Positions 1 through 10,017 of a stretch of DNA of 64,000 nt are shown here, piece by piece. Source of the stretch: a virus; the IMG/VR virus record IMGVR_UViG_3300044816_000098, positions 32,001 through 96,000 of that record; one strand, 5' to 3'. The stretch's first letter is position 1. Every line of letters begins with the position of its first letter. Position numbers and translations under genes: made by a program. Below the pieces are notes generated by a model that was not told where the DNA came from, ran no database searches, and saw only the letters and a list, made by a program, of their open reading frames with translations.

Positions 1-1
1 C

Positions 2-82
2 GAGGCCAAGGCTCAGGCCAAGGTCCGCAAGAACGACCGCGAGTGGGCGAAGGACTTCCGGAACCCGAACCGCAGCAAGTAG
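2..82 (+). CDS. 3' end of hypothetical protein (partial)
   Basis: Open frame from the window edge to TAG at 80-82, followed by a GC hairpin (88-112). Confidence 0.6.
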   Translation, partial: EAKAQAKVRKNDREWAKDFRNPNRSK

Positions 83-138
83 GACCCCGGAGGGGGCCAT
101 CCCGGCCCCCTCCTCCGTGTCTCCCCAGGAGGATCCCT

Positions 139-366
139 ATGGATCTGTTCGTCGCCCTGTGTGTCTTGTACCTCTCCGGCTCCATCCTGGTCACCCTCTG
201 GGTCTCAATCCAGGTGTTCGTCCTGGGCCGGGGAGACCAGTTCGTCGACAAGCACGGGAAGTACCGGGGGACCACCCTGGCAGTCCTGTTCTACGGAGCG
301 TGGATCACCGGCTACCCGGTCATGTTCCTCGCCCGCTACACCCGGGGCCTGATCAAGGGCGTATAG
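139..366 (+). CDS. small membrane protein
   Basis: AGGAGG RBS; two hydrophobic segments. Confidence 0.7.
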   Translation: MDLFVALCVLYLSGSILVTLWVSIQVFVLGRGDQFVDKHGKYRGTTLAVLFYGAWITGYPVMFLARYTRGLIKGV

Positions 367-402
367 CTCACCTCTTCCATCCCGACTCCCTCGGAGGTCC
401 AC

Positions 403-657
403 ATGAAGCTCATCGACTTGCAGACCGGCTACTTCGCTCACCCGGAGCGCCCGCAGGCGACGTTCCCCGAGATCCACGCGGTCACCCCGGACAAGACCCC
501 GGTGTGCGGCCTGGCCGTCCAGGGGGACTTCGAGTACCAGTGGTGCTCCCGCACGCTGGAGTGGTCGTACATCGACTGCACGGCCTGCGAGGACAAGCTC
601 CAGGCCATGGCTGACCACGAGAAGCTGGGCCAGCAGATGCTGGCGAAGTTCGTCTGA
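403..657 (+). CDS. hypothetical protein (Cys/His, CxxC)
   Basis: CCGACTCC..GGAGG leader; GC3-rich codons. Confidence 0.75.
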   Translation: MKLIDLQTGYFAHPERPQATFPEIHAVTPDKTPVCGLAVQGDFEYQWCSRTLEWSYIDCTACEDKLQAMADHEKLGQQMLAKFV

Positions 658-661
658 GGGG

Positions 662-690
662 TTGTACTCCTGCAATTGCGGGAGTAGAGT
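662..690 (+). promoter_or_regulatory. repeated promoter-operator
   Basis: TTGTAC-17bp-TAGAGT with palindrome TACTCCTGCAATTGCGGGAGTA. Confidence 0.85.
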
Positions 691-735
691 CTCACTCATC
701 AGCACAACGCATCACCGACTCCTCGGAGGCTCCAC

Positions 736-951
736 ATGGCGATCACCCTGAACCCGCAGTCCGTCCGGCTCGCGAACGCTCTTCGCCCCCGGACAGCGGT
801 CCAGACCATGGGAGCAGACCAGTTCACCGCCGAGGGCGAGTGCGAGGACTGCGGCTACGCGAACCCGATGGAGTTCGAGATGGTCGGCTTCGACGAGGCC
901 CGTGCCGAATGCCCCGGCTGCGGGGTTGAGGTCACCAAGATCGTCGAGTAG
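736..951 (+). CDS. zinc-ribbon protein
   Basis: CEDC and CPGC pairs; RBS. Confidence 0.75.
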   Translation: MAITLNPQSVRLANALRPRTAVQTMGADQFTAEGECEDCGYANPMEFEMVGFDEARAECPGCGVEVTKIVE

Positions 952-995
952 GTGCGGTTCACGATTTAAAAACCCACTAGGCCCTGGAGGCCCAC

Positions 996-1628
996 ATGAC
1001 CGACACCAACATGCTCAAGTACTTCACCGCCCTCGCCGAGGCCATCCGGGACGGTGGGGATGTGTCCCAGGCCGCCGACATGCTGGAGCGGGAGTTCGGC
1101 GACAAGCTCACCTACGACACCGACGATCTCCGCGAGTTCATCGCCAACAACGAGTATGAGGACCGCGAGATCCTCGCCGAGGGCATCGCCGACATCATGG
1201 CCGGTCAGGAGGGGTTCGGGGCGGAGATCTTCAAGAACTACGCCACCGGCGTCTACCCGCACCCGTACAGCCCCCGCCGGTCCTGGATCATGCTGGCCGA
1301 CGCCATCGGCAAGTACCTGGACCACAATGAGGACGCGGCCCGCTGGCTCAACCAGGTCGTCGACCTGCTTCCGATCGACGACTCGACCCGGCTCCTGCTG
1401 ATCGAGGGGTTCGGCACCCTGCGGAGCAACAAGACGGACAGCCGCACGAACATCGCCCGCATCTTCGCTCTCATCCTGAGCGGCCAGGAGAAGTTCGACA
1501 CCGGCCGCTTCATCTTCCACGCCACTTCGAACGACACGGACAACAAGTGGAAGTACAACGAGCTGTTCCCCGAGGCCGCGATGAAGACCACGATCGAGGG
1601 CGGCGGAGAGACCGTCATCGTCCTGTAG
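996..1628 (+). CDS. hypothetical protein
   Basis: GGAGG RBS; codon bias. Confidence 0.8.
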   Translation: MTDTNMLKYFTALAEAIRDGGDVSQAADMLEREFGDKLTYDTDDLREFIANNEYEDREILAEGIADIMAGQEGFGAEIFKNYATGVYPHPYSPRRSWIMLADAIGKYLDHNEDAARWLNQVVDLLPIDDSTRLLLIEGFGTLRSNKTDSRTNIARIFALILSGQEKFDTGRFIFHATSNDTDNKWKYNELFPEAAMKTTIEGGGETVIVL

Positions 1629-1645
1629 TACCCGGCACCAACAGT

Positions 1646-1671
1646 GGGCCCCGCTTCGGCGGGGCCCTTCT
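1646..1671 (+). terminator. intrinsic terminator
   Basis: GGGCCCCGC-TTCG-GCGGGGCCC-TTCT. Confidence 0.75.
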
Positions 1672-1707
1672 GTATGCAACGACCGAATCAAGCGGCACAC
1701 TGGGGAG

Positions 1708-1902
1708 ATGAAGATCCAGCCTGCCGTGTATCCGCAGCGCTCGTGCCGGGATCACGTCTGGGGTGTCCATCAGGCATATGCCTGCGAGATCCCCGAGATG
1801 CACAACGGTCCGTGTGTGTCCCTTTCGGTCCGGGCATCTATCCAGCGACGAGAGTCGTGGGAGGCTCAGCAGGACGCCCAGCGAGAGGAGCAGACCTCAT
1901 GA
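1708..1902 (+). CDS. small Cys/His protein
   Basis: CEIPEMHNGPC motif; ATGA overlap with next gene. Confidence 0.65.
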   Translation: MKIQPAVYPQRSCRDHVWGVHQAYACEIPEMHNGPCVSLSVRASIQRRESWEAQQDAQREEQTS

Positions 1903-2270
1903 CGACCACCGATCATCAGATCCCGGCCCAGGTAACTTCCGGTCAGACCGTGGACACCACCGAGGACGGCCTTCCGGCCATCGCCCCGTCCTTCATGCAG
2001 CACGGCGCCCCGATCTCGGATCCCGGTGAGGCCCTGCGCAACCCGTACGCGGCCGACCTGAACCGGCTGAACTCGTTCCTGATGGAGCGGTACCCCGAGC
2101 AGATGAACCGGACCAACCGTCCGGTCCAGGAGACTCCCGTGGATACCGCCATCCGGCTCCTGAGCGGCCTCTCCGCCACCGGCGTCTTCGCCAGGTGCTC
2201 CGAGTCCTACTGCAACCTGCCGGAGGCGCACGACGGCGACCACGGCTTCGTGCAGTACGCCCCTCGGTAG
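1899..2270 (+). CDS. hypothetical protein with C-terminal Cys/His motif
   Basis: GAGGAG RBS; CNLPEAHDGDH. Confidence 0.75.
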   Translation: MTTTDHQIPAQVTSGQTVDTTEDGLPAIAPSFMQHGAPISDPGEALRNPYAADLNRLNSFLMERYPEQMNRTNRPVQETPVDTAIRLLSGLSATGVFARCSESYCNLPEAHDGDHGFVQYAPR

Positions 2271-2336
2271 ACCCGATCCGGCAGGCCCCTCCTCCGGGAG
2301 GGGCCGCAGTCGTTTCAAGTGGTTCCGTGTCGGGGG

Positions 2337-2365
2337 TTGTACTACAAGGATTCCAGTAGTAGAGT
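2337..2365 (+). promoter_or_regulatory. repeated promoter-operator
   Basis: TTGTAC-TACAAGGATTCCAGTAG-TAGAGT. Confidence 0.85.
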
Positions 2366-2403
2366 CAGAGACGTCAAGCCAGACCGACTCCCTGGAGGAC
2401 ACC

Positions 2404-2751
2404 ATGACCTACAACATCCCGACCCACCTGCGGGGATCCGTCCGAACTGCCCTCAGTCACTTCACCGTCATCGACGAGGACCAGCGCTTCGAGGGCCTGA
2501 ACCTCGGGATGCTGGCGGAGGGCTGGTGGAACATCTCGTCCTCGGTCATCGGCTGGGCGAACGAGCTGGACGACCGGCAGGTCCGGGAGCTTCTCGCCGT
2601 GCTGTCCCCGATCGCCGAGTACGCCGCCGAGAACAACTACGGCGCGGAGTCGGACGAGCTGAGCTTCCCTGAGGACGTGAAGCTCGCCAACCAGTCCGAG
2701 GAGATCATCGCGTGGTTCACCGACGTCGCCCTGACATCGGCCCTGCGTTGA
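2404..2751 (+). CDS. hypothetical protein
   Basis: Leader motif and RBS. Confidence 0.8.
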   Translation: MTYNIPTHLRGSVRTALSHFTVIDEDQRFEGLNLGMLAEGWWNISSSVIGWANELDDRQVRELLAVLSPIAEYAAENNYGAESDELSFPEDVKLANQSEEIIAWFTDVALTSALR

Positions 2752-2867
2752 GGGGCAGGCGCCGCAAGGCGGGTCGCGGTGGTTCCGGAGAGAGTTGGGC
2801 CGGAGCGATCGGAGATCTCATCGGCGACATCATGGGGGCCATCGTCGAAGCCATCTTCCGTTGGTAG

Positions 2868-2896
2868 TTGTACTCCTGCAATTCCCGTAGTAGGGT
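2868..2896 (+). promoter_or_regulatory. repeated promoter-operator
   Basis: TTGTAC-17bp-TAGGGT. Confidence 0.8.
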
Positions 2897-2937
2897 CATC
2901 AGTACACCAGCGCATCACCGACTCCCCGGAGACTCAC

Positions 2938-3666
2938 ATGAAGACCAGTGAAATCGCCAGCGGTCTCGTCTACGCCCACAAGAAGACTCGGGTGTGGGGC
3001 CAGGCCGAGGCGGCCCTCGTACTGGACACCAAGCTCTGGACCAGGGGCGAGGTGTGGCGGTCGGACGCGGACAAGGGCAGCCGCCGGGTCTACGAGATCG
3101 GCCTCGCGTCGGAGGGTTCTCGGGCCCGTGCGTCCACCTACGGCCACGGCGAGGTGGGGATTCCGGTCCTGATCACCTCGGAGTTCTACTTCCAGCGGAC
3201 GGGCGACGACAAGATCCAGGAGACCGCCGAGGCCCTGCTGACGCAGGCCGCGATCCAGATGGACGTGGAGAATCTCCACGGTCGCTACGAGAAGGGCCAG
3301 TATCCGGACTCCGAGGCGAAGGTGACCGCCACCACGGCGGACGGAAGCAAGGTCACCGTGGTCGTCCGACTGGCCCTGGTGGCGCCCCAGACGATCCTGG
3401 CGCTCTGGAACGAGTACCTCCAGGCGGCGATCGACGAGAAGCAGCGCCGGATGGCGTACGAGGCCAGGCAGCGCGGCGAGGCCAATCGGGCCCGTGACGA
3501 GACCCTGGACGTCGCCAACCGGCTGAACGCCCTGCTGGGGGAGAACCCCGACCGCCACGAGACCGGTCACCGCAGCGACCTCAAGCGCAAGAACGACGGG
3601 GACTTCCAGATCAAGCCGGAGGCACTCCTCGCCCTCATCGAGCTGGCCGAAGCCGGTCGGCAGTGA
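2938..3666 (+). CDS. hypothetical protein
   Basis: Leader motif, ATG at 2938. Confidence 0.8.
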   Translation: MKTSEIASGLVYAHKKTRVWGQAEAALVLDTKLWTRGEVWRSDADKGSRRVYEIGLASEGSRARASTYGHGEVGIPVLITSEFYFQRTGDDKIQETAEALLTQAAIQMDVENLHGRYEKGQYPDSEAKVTATTADGSKVTVVVRLALVAPQTILALWNEYLQAAIDEKQRRMAYEARQRGEANRARDETLDVANRLNALLGENPDRHETGHRSDLKRKNDGDFQIKPEALLALIELAEAGRQ

Positions 3667-4283
3667 TCTTCCTTCCGGGTGAATACGTAGAGGTCGGGCA
3701 CGCCAAGCTGAACACCGGGGACGTCATCCTCTACGGCCGCGAGCCCCACCTGATCGTGCGCAAGGACCACCTCGGTGCCGGGCCCAAGCTGCGGATGCAG
3801 AACCTGTCCAGCCGCAAGGTCCTGGAGATCTTCCCCAAGTCGTACACGCGCCTCAAGCGCCTGCGCGCCCCCAGGAAGCACCAGGACGGCAAGGTCTGGA
3901 CGATGGCCTGCGGAGACGTGGTGCTGTACCCCGCCACGAGGAGCGCCCCGCCGGAGGTGGCGATCCGTCACATCCACGGCTGGTACTCCTCCGGGGGTTC
4001 GCCGGTGGTCCGGGCCGACGTCCACATCTTCAAGGCGCTGACCTCGAATACCGCCCTGGCGGTAAGGAATTCGCATCTGTTGAACGCTGTACCTATCCGC
4101 CGCCCGCACCGCATCGGTACGGTGGCGGCCGTCCGGAGCCTGAAAGTGCGGGAACCGACGGCCTGGGTCTGCGTGGGGCGGAACCTGTGGCGCTCGACCA
4201 GTGGGGTCGAAGCGTCGGACCTGATGATCGAGTTCGAATTGCAGCGCGGGATGTACGCGCTGCTCTACGAACCGGACGCGTAG
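3663..4283 (+). CDS. hypothetical protein
   Basis: GTGA overlap with upstream gene. Confidence 0.65.
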   Translation: MIFLPGEYVEVGHAKLNTGDVILYGREPHLIVRKDHLGAGPKLRMQNLSSRKVLEIFPKSYTRLKRLRAPRKHQDGKVWTMACGDVVLYPATRSAPPEVAIRHIHGWYSSGGSPVVRADVHIFKALTSNTALAVRNSHLLNAVPIRRPHRIGTVAAVRSLKVREPTAWVCVGRNLWRSTSGVEASDLMIEFELQRGMYALLYEPDA

Positions 4284-4294
4284 GAGGAGACCAG

Positions 4295-4753
4295 ATGATA
4301 GCCACCCCGATATACGACCAGATGCTCGCCGAGCGCGGGGGACGGCCGCCGGGCGGTCTGGCCGAGGAGGACTTCACCGCGCTGCTGTTGCCGCCGCCGG
4401 TCGAACTGCCGGTGGCGGACCCCGAGGACGAGACGGCCCTGATCACCGAGGCGTCGAGCCTCCTGCCCGCCGAGGTCGAGCGGGTGGTCCTGGTGAAGGC
4501 CCCCAAGGCGCCGGTGGACGATAACGCCGCGCCGGACGAATGCCTGGACTCGGAACTGTGCACCAAGGCGGACCCCTGCCCCGTCTGCGGCCCGGAGGAG
4601 TACGACCCGGACCCGGAGGAGACCCAGGAGATGAAAACCCCGGAGAACCCCCCTCAGGCCCCGCCGAAGGTGTCCGAGAAGAAGGTCTCCTCCCCGGCCG
4701 CCGGTCGTGTCCGCACCAGGACCCGCACCGGCGTCGTGAACGGCAAGAAGTAA
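4295..4753 (+). CDS. hypothetical protein
   Basis: AGGAGGAG RBS; MIATPIYDQMLAERG start. Confidence 0.75.
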   Translation: MIATPIYDQMLAERGGRPPGGLAEEDFTALLLPPPVELPVADPEDETALITEASSLLPAEVERVVLVKAPKAPVDDNAAPDECLDSELCTKADPCPVCGPEEYDPDPEETQEMKTPENPPQAPPKVSEKKVSSPAAGRVRTRTRTGVVNGKK

Positions 4754-4794
4754 CCCACCCGATCGTCTGAGCTTCACTCCCCGAGGAGCGCACC

Positions 4795-4926
4795 ATGATC
4801 ATGAACCTGATCGAGGCGATTATCGGCATAGGTGCCGTCGTGATGATCGCGAAGAACCCGGGCACCCGGCGCGGAGTCCAGGTCTTCTTCAAGCCGGACG
4901 GGCGGCACCGCCTTCCGCAGGACTGA
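4795..4926 (+). CDS. small membrane peptide (not in ORF track)
   Basis: GAGGAG RBS; MIMNLIEAIIGIGAVVMIAK. Confidence 0.55.
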   Translation: MIMNLIEAIIGIGAVVMIAKNPGTRRGVQVFFKPDGRHRLPQD

Positions 4927-4991
4927 CGTTCTGTAGGACGCCGCTGCTACGATCCGCATCCCCTTCCCGCCAGAGACACAAGGAGGCCCTG

Positions 4992-5807
4992 ATGGGCCGT
5001 GAAATTCACCGCGTACCACTCGACTTCGACTGGGAGATCGACAAGACCTGGAAGGGCTACCTCCCGCCCAAGGAACTGGAGGAAACGGTCTGTCCCGACT
5101 GCCATGGCCAGGGGGATACCTCGGCCCGTGCGTGGGTGCAGGGGATCGTCTACCTGCTGGGGATGCTCGCCCGGGATCTCGGTGACCAGAAGTACGGCCG
5201 ACGGATCCACCCCTACCTCAGCGAACTGCCCCGGTCTCCCGATGACGGCGGAGAACTCGACCATGAGACGAGGAAGTGGATCCGGCTCCCGCAGATCCGC
5301 CGTGTGAGCGAGGACATCGTTCCTCTGCTGGCCGGTCTCACCGGTCAGCCTGCGGAAGAGCTGACCAACCGCATGATGTCGGACCCGAGCTACCCGATCA
5401 ACGACGTCCTGATCAAGGCGGCTGGGCTGGATCCCAAGACCTGGGGCTGGTGCATCACCTGCAAGGCGCACGGCTCTCTGGAGAAGTACGAGGGCCAGCG
5501 GGCCGAGGCCGAGGCGTGGGAGCGCACCGACCCGCCGAAGGGCGAGGGGTGGCAGCTCTGGCAGACCGTGAGCGAAGGATCCCCGATCTCCCCGGTGTTC
5601 GCCACTGCCGAGGAACTGGCCCGGTGGATGACCACCCCGGCGTACCACTGGGGTGCCTCCCGTGGGGAGGAGATTTCCTATGAAGGCGCGCTGGCCTTCG
5701 TCAACGTGGGCTGGGCTCCCTCGGGGATGGTCACCCGCGAGCATGGCGTGGAGACCGGAGAGCAGTTCATCGGCCGTACCGAGCTGGAGAAGGGCGAGGA
5801 CGCATGA
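4992..5807 (+). CDS. hypothetical protein with DnaJ-like CxxCxGxG zinc motifs
   Basis: CPDCHGQG and CITCKAHG; AAGGAGG RBS. Confidence 0.8.
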   Translation: MGREIHRVPLDFDWEIDKTWKGYLPPKELEETVCPDCHGQGDTSARAWVQGIVYLLGMLARDLGDQKYGRRIHPYLSELPRSPDDGGELDHETRKWIRLPQIRRVSEDIVPLLAGLTGQPAEELTNRMMSDPSYPINDVLIKAAGLDPKTWGWCITCKAHGSLEKYEGQRAEAEAWERTDPPKGEGWQLWQTVSEGSPISPVFATAEELARWMTTPAYHWGASRGEEISYEGALAFVNVGWAPSGMVTREHGVETGEQFIGRTELEKGEDA

Positions 5808-6724
5808 GTTACGTCGCATTCCACTTTGCCGAGGGTGAAGTACTGCACCTGCGCGGCATGGAGCGGGGCTATCTGGGGCACCTGGCCGACTCGACAGCTG
5901 TCGGGGCGATCGGGCTGACCGCAGGCACGTTCGGCGGTGTCGGACGGGTCCTGGAGCAGATCTATCCGTTCCTGGACAAGGACTTCCATCAGGGCTGGCC
6001 GCCCTCGGACAAGAGCCTTCAGCAGAGGTTCGCCGACAACTTGCAGAACAGCTTCTTCGACCGGCCCCTCTTCTCCTGGAAGGGCAAGGCCATCGCGACG
6101 TGGCCGCTCATGCTGAACACGGCGCTGGCCGTGGGCTCTTCTCCCATCCGGATGGCCGCCAAGATCCACGCGACGTGTGAGATCCACGGCCGGATCGAGG
6201 GGCCGGACCGGGCCTGGGTGGCCGACGTCATCGAAGAAGGGCTGAGGTCCTGTCTCTACCGGCCGGGGTTCTTCACCACGAAGAACCCGATGGCGGAACT
6301 GATCATCGGTTCGAAGCAGGAAGGCACCCTGACCGAGGAGGACAAGGAGCAGGTCTTCGTCTCCATGGGCTGGACAGAGATCGTCGAGCAGCTCCGGAAG
6401 TCGGACCAGGGTGCGGTGGTGATGTCCTACTCCGTCACCGACGGCTTCCCAGATCCTCCGAAGGAATGGATGCCGACCGGTACCCCGCCGGAGGACTGGG
6501 ACCAGGTGTACGACTGGCGGTGGGAGGAGTGGGGCGACCTCTCGTACGAGGAGCAGTTCCGGCTGGCCCTGGACGAGATCAAGGCCACCTCGGGGAACGC
6601 GTCCATCTCCAAGTGGACCGAGCTGAACCTCTTCCAGCACGAGCTGAACCTCTTCGACCTGATCCGGGGAGACATCCCGAAGATCGAGAAGTGCCTGAAG
6701 ATCACCCCTGAGGTCGCGGAGTGA
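5804..6724 (+). CDS. hypothetical protein
   Basis: ATGA overlap; codon bias. Confidence 0.8.
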   Translation: MSYVAFHFAEGEVLHLRGMERGYLGHLADSTAVGAIGLTAGTFGGVGRVLEQIYPFLDKDFHQGWPPSDKSLQQRFADNLQNSFFDRPLFSWKGKAIATWPLMLNTALAVGSSPIRMAAKIHATCEIHGRIEGPDRAWVADVIEEGLRSCLYRPGFFTTKNPMAELIIGSKQEGTLTEEDKEQVFVSMGWTEIVEQLRKSDQGAVVMSYSVTDGFPDPPKEWMPTGTPPEDWDQVYDWRWEEWGDLSYEEQFRLALDEIKATSGNASISKWTELNLFQHELNLFDLIRGDIPKIEKCLKITPEVAE

Positions 6725-6999
6725 GCGCCCCGGTGCAGGAGATCCAGCAGTTCATCCTGGATCGGCTTGAGGAGAACGTCGAGGGGATCCCCGGGTGGCA
6801 GATCATCCTGGATCGCCGCCTGACGAAGTTGCACGGGATCGAGGCTGGGCTGTGCACCGAGTGCGCCCAGCCTGCGGTGGAGGGGTGCTCCTGCGGCCAG
6901 TCGGTGGAGCCCTCGTTGCGCCCCTGCAACACCCTGTGCTTCATGGCGCTCCGCTGGGCCGAGCACGCGAAATTCAACCCGAAGTGGAACATCCTGTGA
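6721..6999 (+). CDS. Cys-rich hypothetical protein
   Basis: CxxC and PCxTL motifs; GTGA overlap. Confidence 0.7.
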   Translation: MSAPVQEIQQFILDRLEENVEGIPGWQIILDRRLTKLHGIEAGLCTECAQPAVEGCSCGQSVEPSLRPCNTLCFMALRWAEHAKFNPKWNIL

Positions 7000-7400
7000 C
7001 AGAGCTTGACGATCTGGACGAGACCCCGGAGTTCGATCCGGGGAACCTCGCCATCAACATCACCCGGTACACCATCCCGTACTGGGTGACGCACTGCGAA
7101 GAGCGGGCCTTCACGCTGGAGAGCCGGGGGCACATCGGGGAAGACCGCTGGGCCCTTCTGGACGCGCCCCACTGCTTCAACAAGCGGACGGGGGAGTTCG
7201 AGTACGAACTCCGTCCCTCCTCTCGGGACGACGATTTTCTCCGTGACTGCCGGATGACGCTGGAAGAGGCCATCCCTCACGTCAAGGAGCAGGTTGCCCT
7301 CAAGCGTGTGGCCGTGCGGGAGCAGATGACCCGCATCCTCCAGCGCAATGCCGAGCGGGAGGCCGCCAAGGCCAAGACGAAGGAGGGGCCCAGTGGTTGA
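6996..7400 (+). CDS. hypothetical protein
   Basis: GTGA overlap; codon bias. Confidence 0.7.
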   Translation: MTELDDLDETPEFDPGNLAINITRYTIPYWVTHCEERAFTLESRGHIGEDRWALLDAPHCFNKRTGEFEYELRPSSRDDDFLRDCRMTLEEAIPHVKEQVALKRVAVREQMTRILQRNAEREAAKAKTKEGPSG

Positions 7401-8097
7401 GGACGACAACGAGATCTCCCGTCACATCCTGCTCTCCGGCGTGGTCGGCTCGACCGCGTACGGACTGGACCACCAGGGGTCGGACATCGACCGGATGGGC
7501 GTTTTCGCCTACCCGACGCAGAACGTGCTGGGGCTGCACGTCCCCAAGGACTCGATCGTCTCCACCAAGCCGGATATCACCCTCCACGAGGTCCGCAAGT
7601 TCTTGGGCCTCGCCCTGAACGGCAACCCGTCGATCATGGAGATGATGTGGCTGGAACAGTACGAGGTGGTCTCCGCCTGGGGTGCGGACCTGATCGAGAT
7701 CCGGCAGGCGTTTCTCACGGCGAGGTCCGTCCGGGACTCCTACTTCGGGTACGCCATGAGCCAGTTCAAGAGGCTCTCGACCCGGGGCAACGGCACCTTC
7801 TCCTCTGACCTCGGCAAGCGGACCGAGAAGCACGCGCGGCACCTCATGCGCCTGGTGGAGCAGGGGTTCTCCCTCTACACCACCGGCGAACTGTCGATCA
7901 AGGTCGACAACCCGGAGCAGTACCACGCCTTCGGCAAGACCGTGGCGGCCGGGAACCTGAACGCGGCTCAGACGTACCTGATGAAAGCGGAGGATCGCTT
8001 CAACCAGGCGACCACTGTGCTTCCTGACCGGCCGAACGAGCGCCGGGTGGAGAAGTGGCTGCTGGGTGTCCGGAAGGACTTCTTCTTCGAGGAGTGA
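7393..8097 (+). CDS. Pol-beta superfamily nucleotidyltransferase (YcgL/RlaP-like)
   Basis: GSTAYGLDHQGSDIDRMG, GNPSIME, KHARHLMRL motifs. Confidence 0.85.
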   Translation: MVEDDNEISRHILLSGVVGSTAYGLDHQGSDIDRMGVFAYPTQNVLGLHVPKDSIVSTKPDITLHEVRKFLGLALNGNPSIMEMMWLEQYEVVSAWGADLIEIRQAFLTARSVRDSYFGYAMSQFKRLSTRGNGTFSSDLGKRTEKHARHLMRLVEQGFSLYTTGELSIKVDNPEQYHAFGKTVAAGNLNAAQTYLMKAEDRFNQATTVLPDRPNERRVEKWLLGVRKDFFFEE

Positions 8098-8099
8098 TC

Positions 8100-8312
8100 A
8101 TGGCCCGCATTACCGCCGACTCGGTGATAGACGAGCAGCTCGATCGGATCTACGAAGAGATCATCTTCGTGATCGGCCTGCATTCCCCGGATGGGGAAGG
8201 GAGCTGCCGGACGTGTCTCGAAACGTCTCCCTGCTGGACGCTGGACGCCGTGGAGAGGGCGAAGGCGCAGTTCGTCCGTCAGGTGTTTGAGGAGGGCTCA
8301 TGTCGGATCTGA
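8100..8312 (+). CDS. small zinc-binding protein
   Basis: H..CRTC..PCWTL. Confidence 0.65.
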   Translation: MARITADSVIDEQLDRIYEEIIFVIGLHSPDGEGSCRTCLETSPCWTLDAVERAKAQFVRQVFEEGSCRI

Positions 8313-8629
8313 CGAACCTGGAGCGGCGCGTCCTGGGGGCGATGAAGAGGGATCCGGACTCCGATCAACTGCCCATCTCCTTCCTGGCCCGGCTGGCCAG
8401 GAGAGCTGTCCGGGAGATGTGCACGGGGGAGGCGGTCAATCGGCGGAAGAAGATCCCGTTGATCCCCCTCCCTCCTCCCCCGGGGAACGCGAAGAGGCTG
8501 AGGGCGCTGGCCCGCCAGATCGAGGACTCGTTCGACACGATGCCCGAGGGGTGGCGGCGCTGGAGCGAATTGACCGACGAGGAACGTGCCGAACTGCGGC
8601 AGAAGAGCAAGAGGGGGAAGAAGTCATGA
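8300..8629 (+). CDS. hypothetical protein
   Basis: GGAGG RBS. Confidence 0.65.
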   Translation: MSDLTNLERRVLGAMKRDPDSDQLPISFLARLARRAVREMCTGEAVNRRKKIPLIPLPPPPGNAKRLRALARQIEDSFDTMPEGWRRWSELTDEERAELRQKSKRGKKS

Positions 8630-8859
8630 GCGACGACGGCGGTGCGCTCGGTGCATGGCGGCTCAAGGAGCTGGCCGGGCCTGAGGCGTGGCAGCAGATC
8701 ATTCTGGAGAGCCTGCCCGGCCTGACCCTGACTCTGGAGGGTCAGCAGAGGGTGACCTGTGCTGCGGCCCATCTGGATCCGGAGTACCACCCGGAAGGGC
8801 ACCTGGAGGACTACTCCCTCGAACTCAAGATCACGAGAGCCCAGGTGACCGACGGATGA
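8626..8859 (+). CDS. hypothetical protein
   Basis: ATGA overlaps on both sides. Confidence 0.65.
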   Translation: MSDDGGALGAWRLKELAGPEAWQQIILESLPGLTLTLEGQQRVTCAAAHLDPEYHPEGHLEDYSLELKITRAQVTDG

Positions 8860-9428
8860 CCGCCAAGGACATCGAGCTTCCCGTGATCCCGTGCGACACC
8901 AAGCCGCAGGCGGGGAAGGGGTTCAGCTTCCTCCGGGAGTTCATGGAGAAGTACGACTACCAGGAGCTGTACAAGAAGCTCCAGGAACGGCGCGAGGAGG
9001 ACTGGACCAAGTGGGTCCAGCGCTTCGAGGAGGACCCGAGCTTCTTCAACGCTTGGCGCTACGTCGAGGGGCACCCTCTGTTCTGGCGCTTCGAGGCCCC
9101 GTCCAATGGTGACGCCTGGTTCCACGAGGAGTTCCTCGTCCACGACCAGGGGGTTGCCGAGGGGCTGGAGATCCAGGTCGTCCACGTCAACCCGGAGGAC
9201 GACAGGATCTCGGACGACGAGGCGAAGAACACCGCCGTCCGGATCTGGTACGAGGTGATGCCCTGCCTCCTGGGCCCGCAGAGCAAGCACCGCATCCACG
9301 CCTACGAGGCGGACGGCGGAGGGAAGACCTACGAGGCGGCCATAGTCATGGCCGCGCAGGAGATCCACCGGGTCTACGGCAACGACCGCCGGGTCCTGGA
9401 CGAGGAGTTCGGGGAGGACATGTTCTAG
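8856..9428 (+). CDS. hypothetical protein
   Basis: ATGA overlap; codon bias. Confidence 0.8.
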   Translation: MTAKDIELPVIPCDTKPQAGKGFSFLREFMEKYDYQELYKKLQERREEDWTKWVQRFEEDPSFFNAWRYVEGHPLFWRFEAPSNGDAWFHEEFLVHDQGVAEGLEIQVVHVNPEDDRISDDEAKNTAVRIWYEVMPCLLGPQSKHRIHAYEADGGGKTYEAAIVMAAQEIHRVYGNDRRVLDEEFGEDMF

Positions 9429-9745
9429 TGGTTGAGGGACTGCACACCTACGAGGACGGCTACGAAGAGGGCTCGTACGACGGGTACATGGAGGGCTGCA
9501 AGGACCAGGAGCAGTGCGTCCCGCCGTGGTTCCGCCGGTTCTTCTGGTGGGGCAAGGAGCAGTTGTCCTTCCCGAAGAAGCCCTTCTACATCGGGGGTAC
9601 CGACGAGTACTGCAACGCCACCTTCGGGATCCGGCTGATCAACGGGGTGCTGTTCGTCCGGTACGGGCGCAAGATCCACGACGAGATGAACATGAACTGC
9701 CCCGTTTGCGTAGCGGCCAGGGCTGAAGAAAAGGACACGACATGA
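9428..9745 (+). CDS. hypothetical protein
   Basis: Coupled to neighbours. Confidence 0.7.
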   Translation: MVEGLHTYEDGYEEGSYDGYMEGCKDQEQCVPPWFRRFFWWGKEQLSFPKKPFYIGGTDEYCNATFGIRLINGVLFVRYGRKIHDEMNMNCPVCVAARAEEKDTT

Positions 9746-10017
9746 GGGTAACGATCGACCCGGACGACTCCGAGGAACTGGCGGAGGACTTGGCCCGCTG
9801 GCGCCCGCACCAGATCGTGGAGCTGGTCGAGCAGATCGACAAGCACATGGGGGAGTGGGACCTCGTTCTCAAGCTCAAGGTGTGGGTCGAGACGGAGATG
9901 GTCGAGTACGTCGCGGAGCAGACCTCGTCCCACGCGGTCCTGGGCCTCTGCTTCCGCAATCCGATCTCCGGGGAGACGATCCACCAGGATCCACACAAGG
10001 AGTGCATCCTCCGGTGA
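9742..10017 (+). CDS. hypothetical protein
   Basis: ATGA overlap. Confidence 0.7.
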   Translation: MRVTIDPDDSEELAEDLARWRPHQIVELVEQIDKHMGEWDLVLKLKVWVETEMVEYVAEQTSSHAVLGLCFRNPISGETIHQDPHKECILR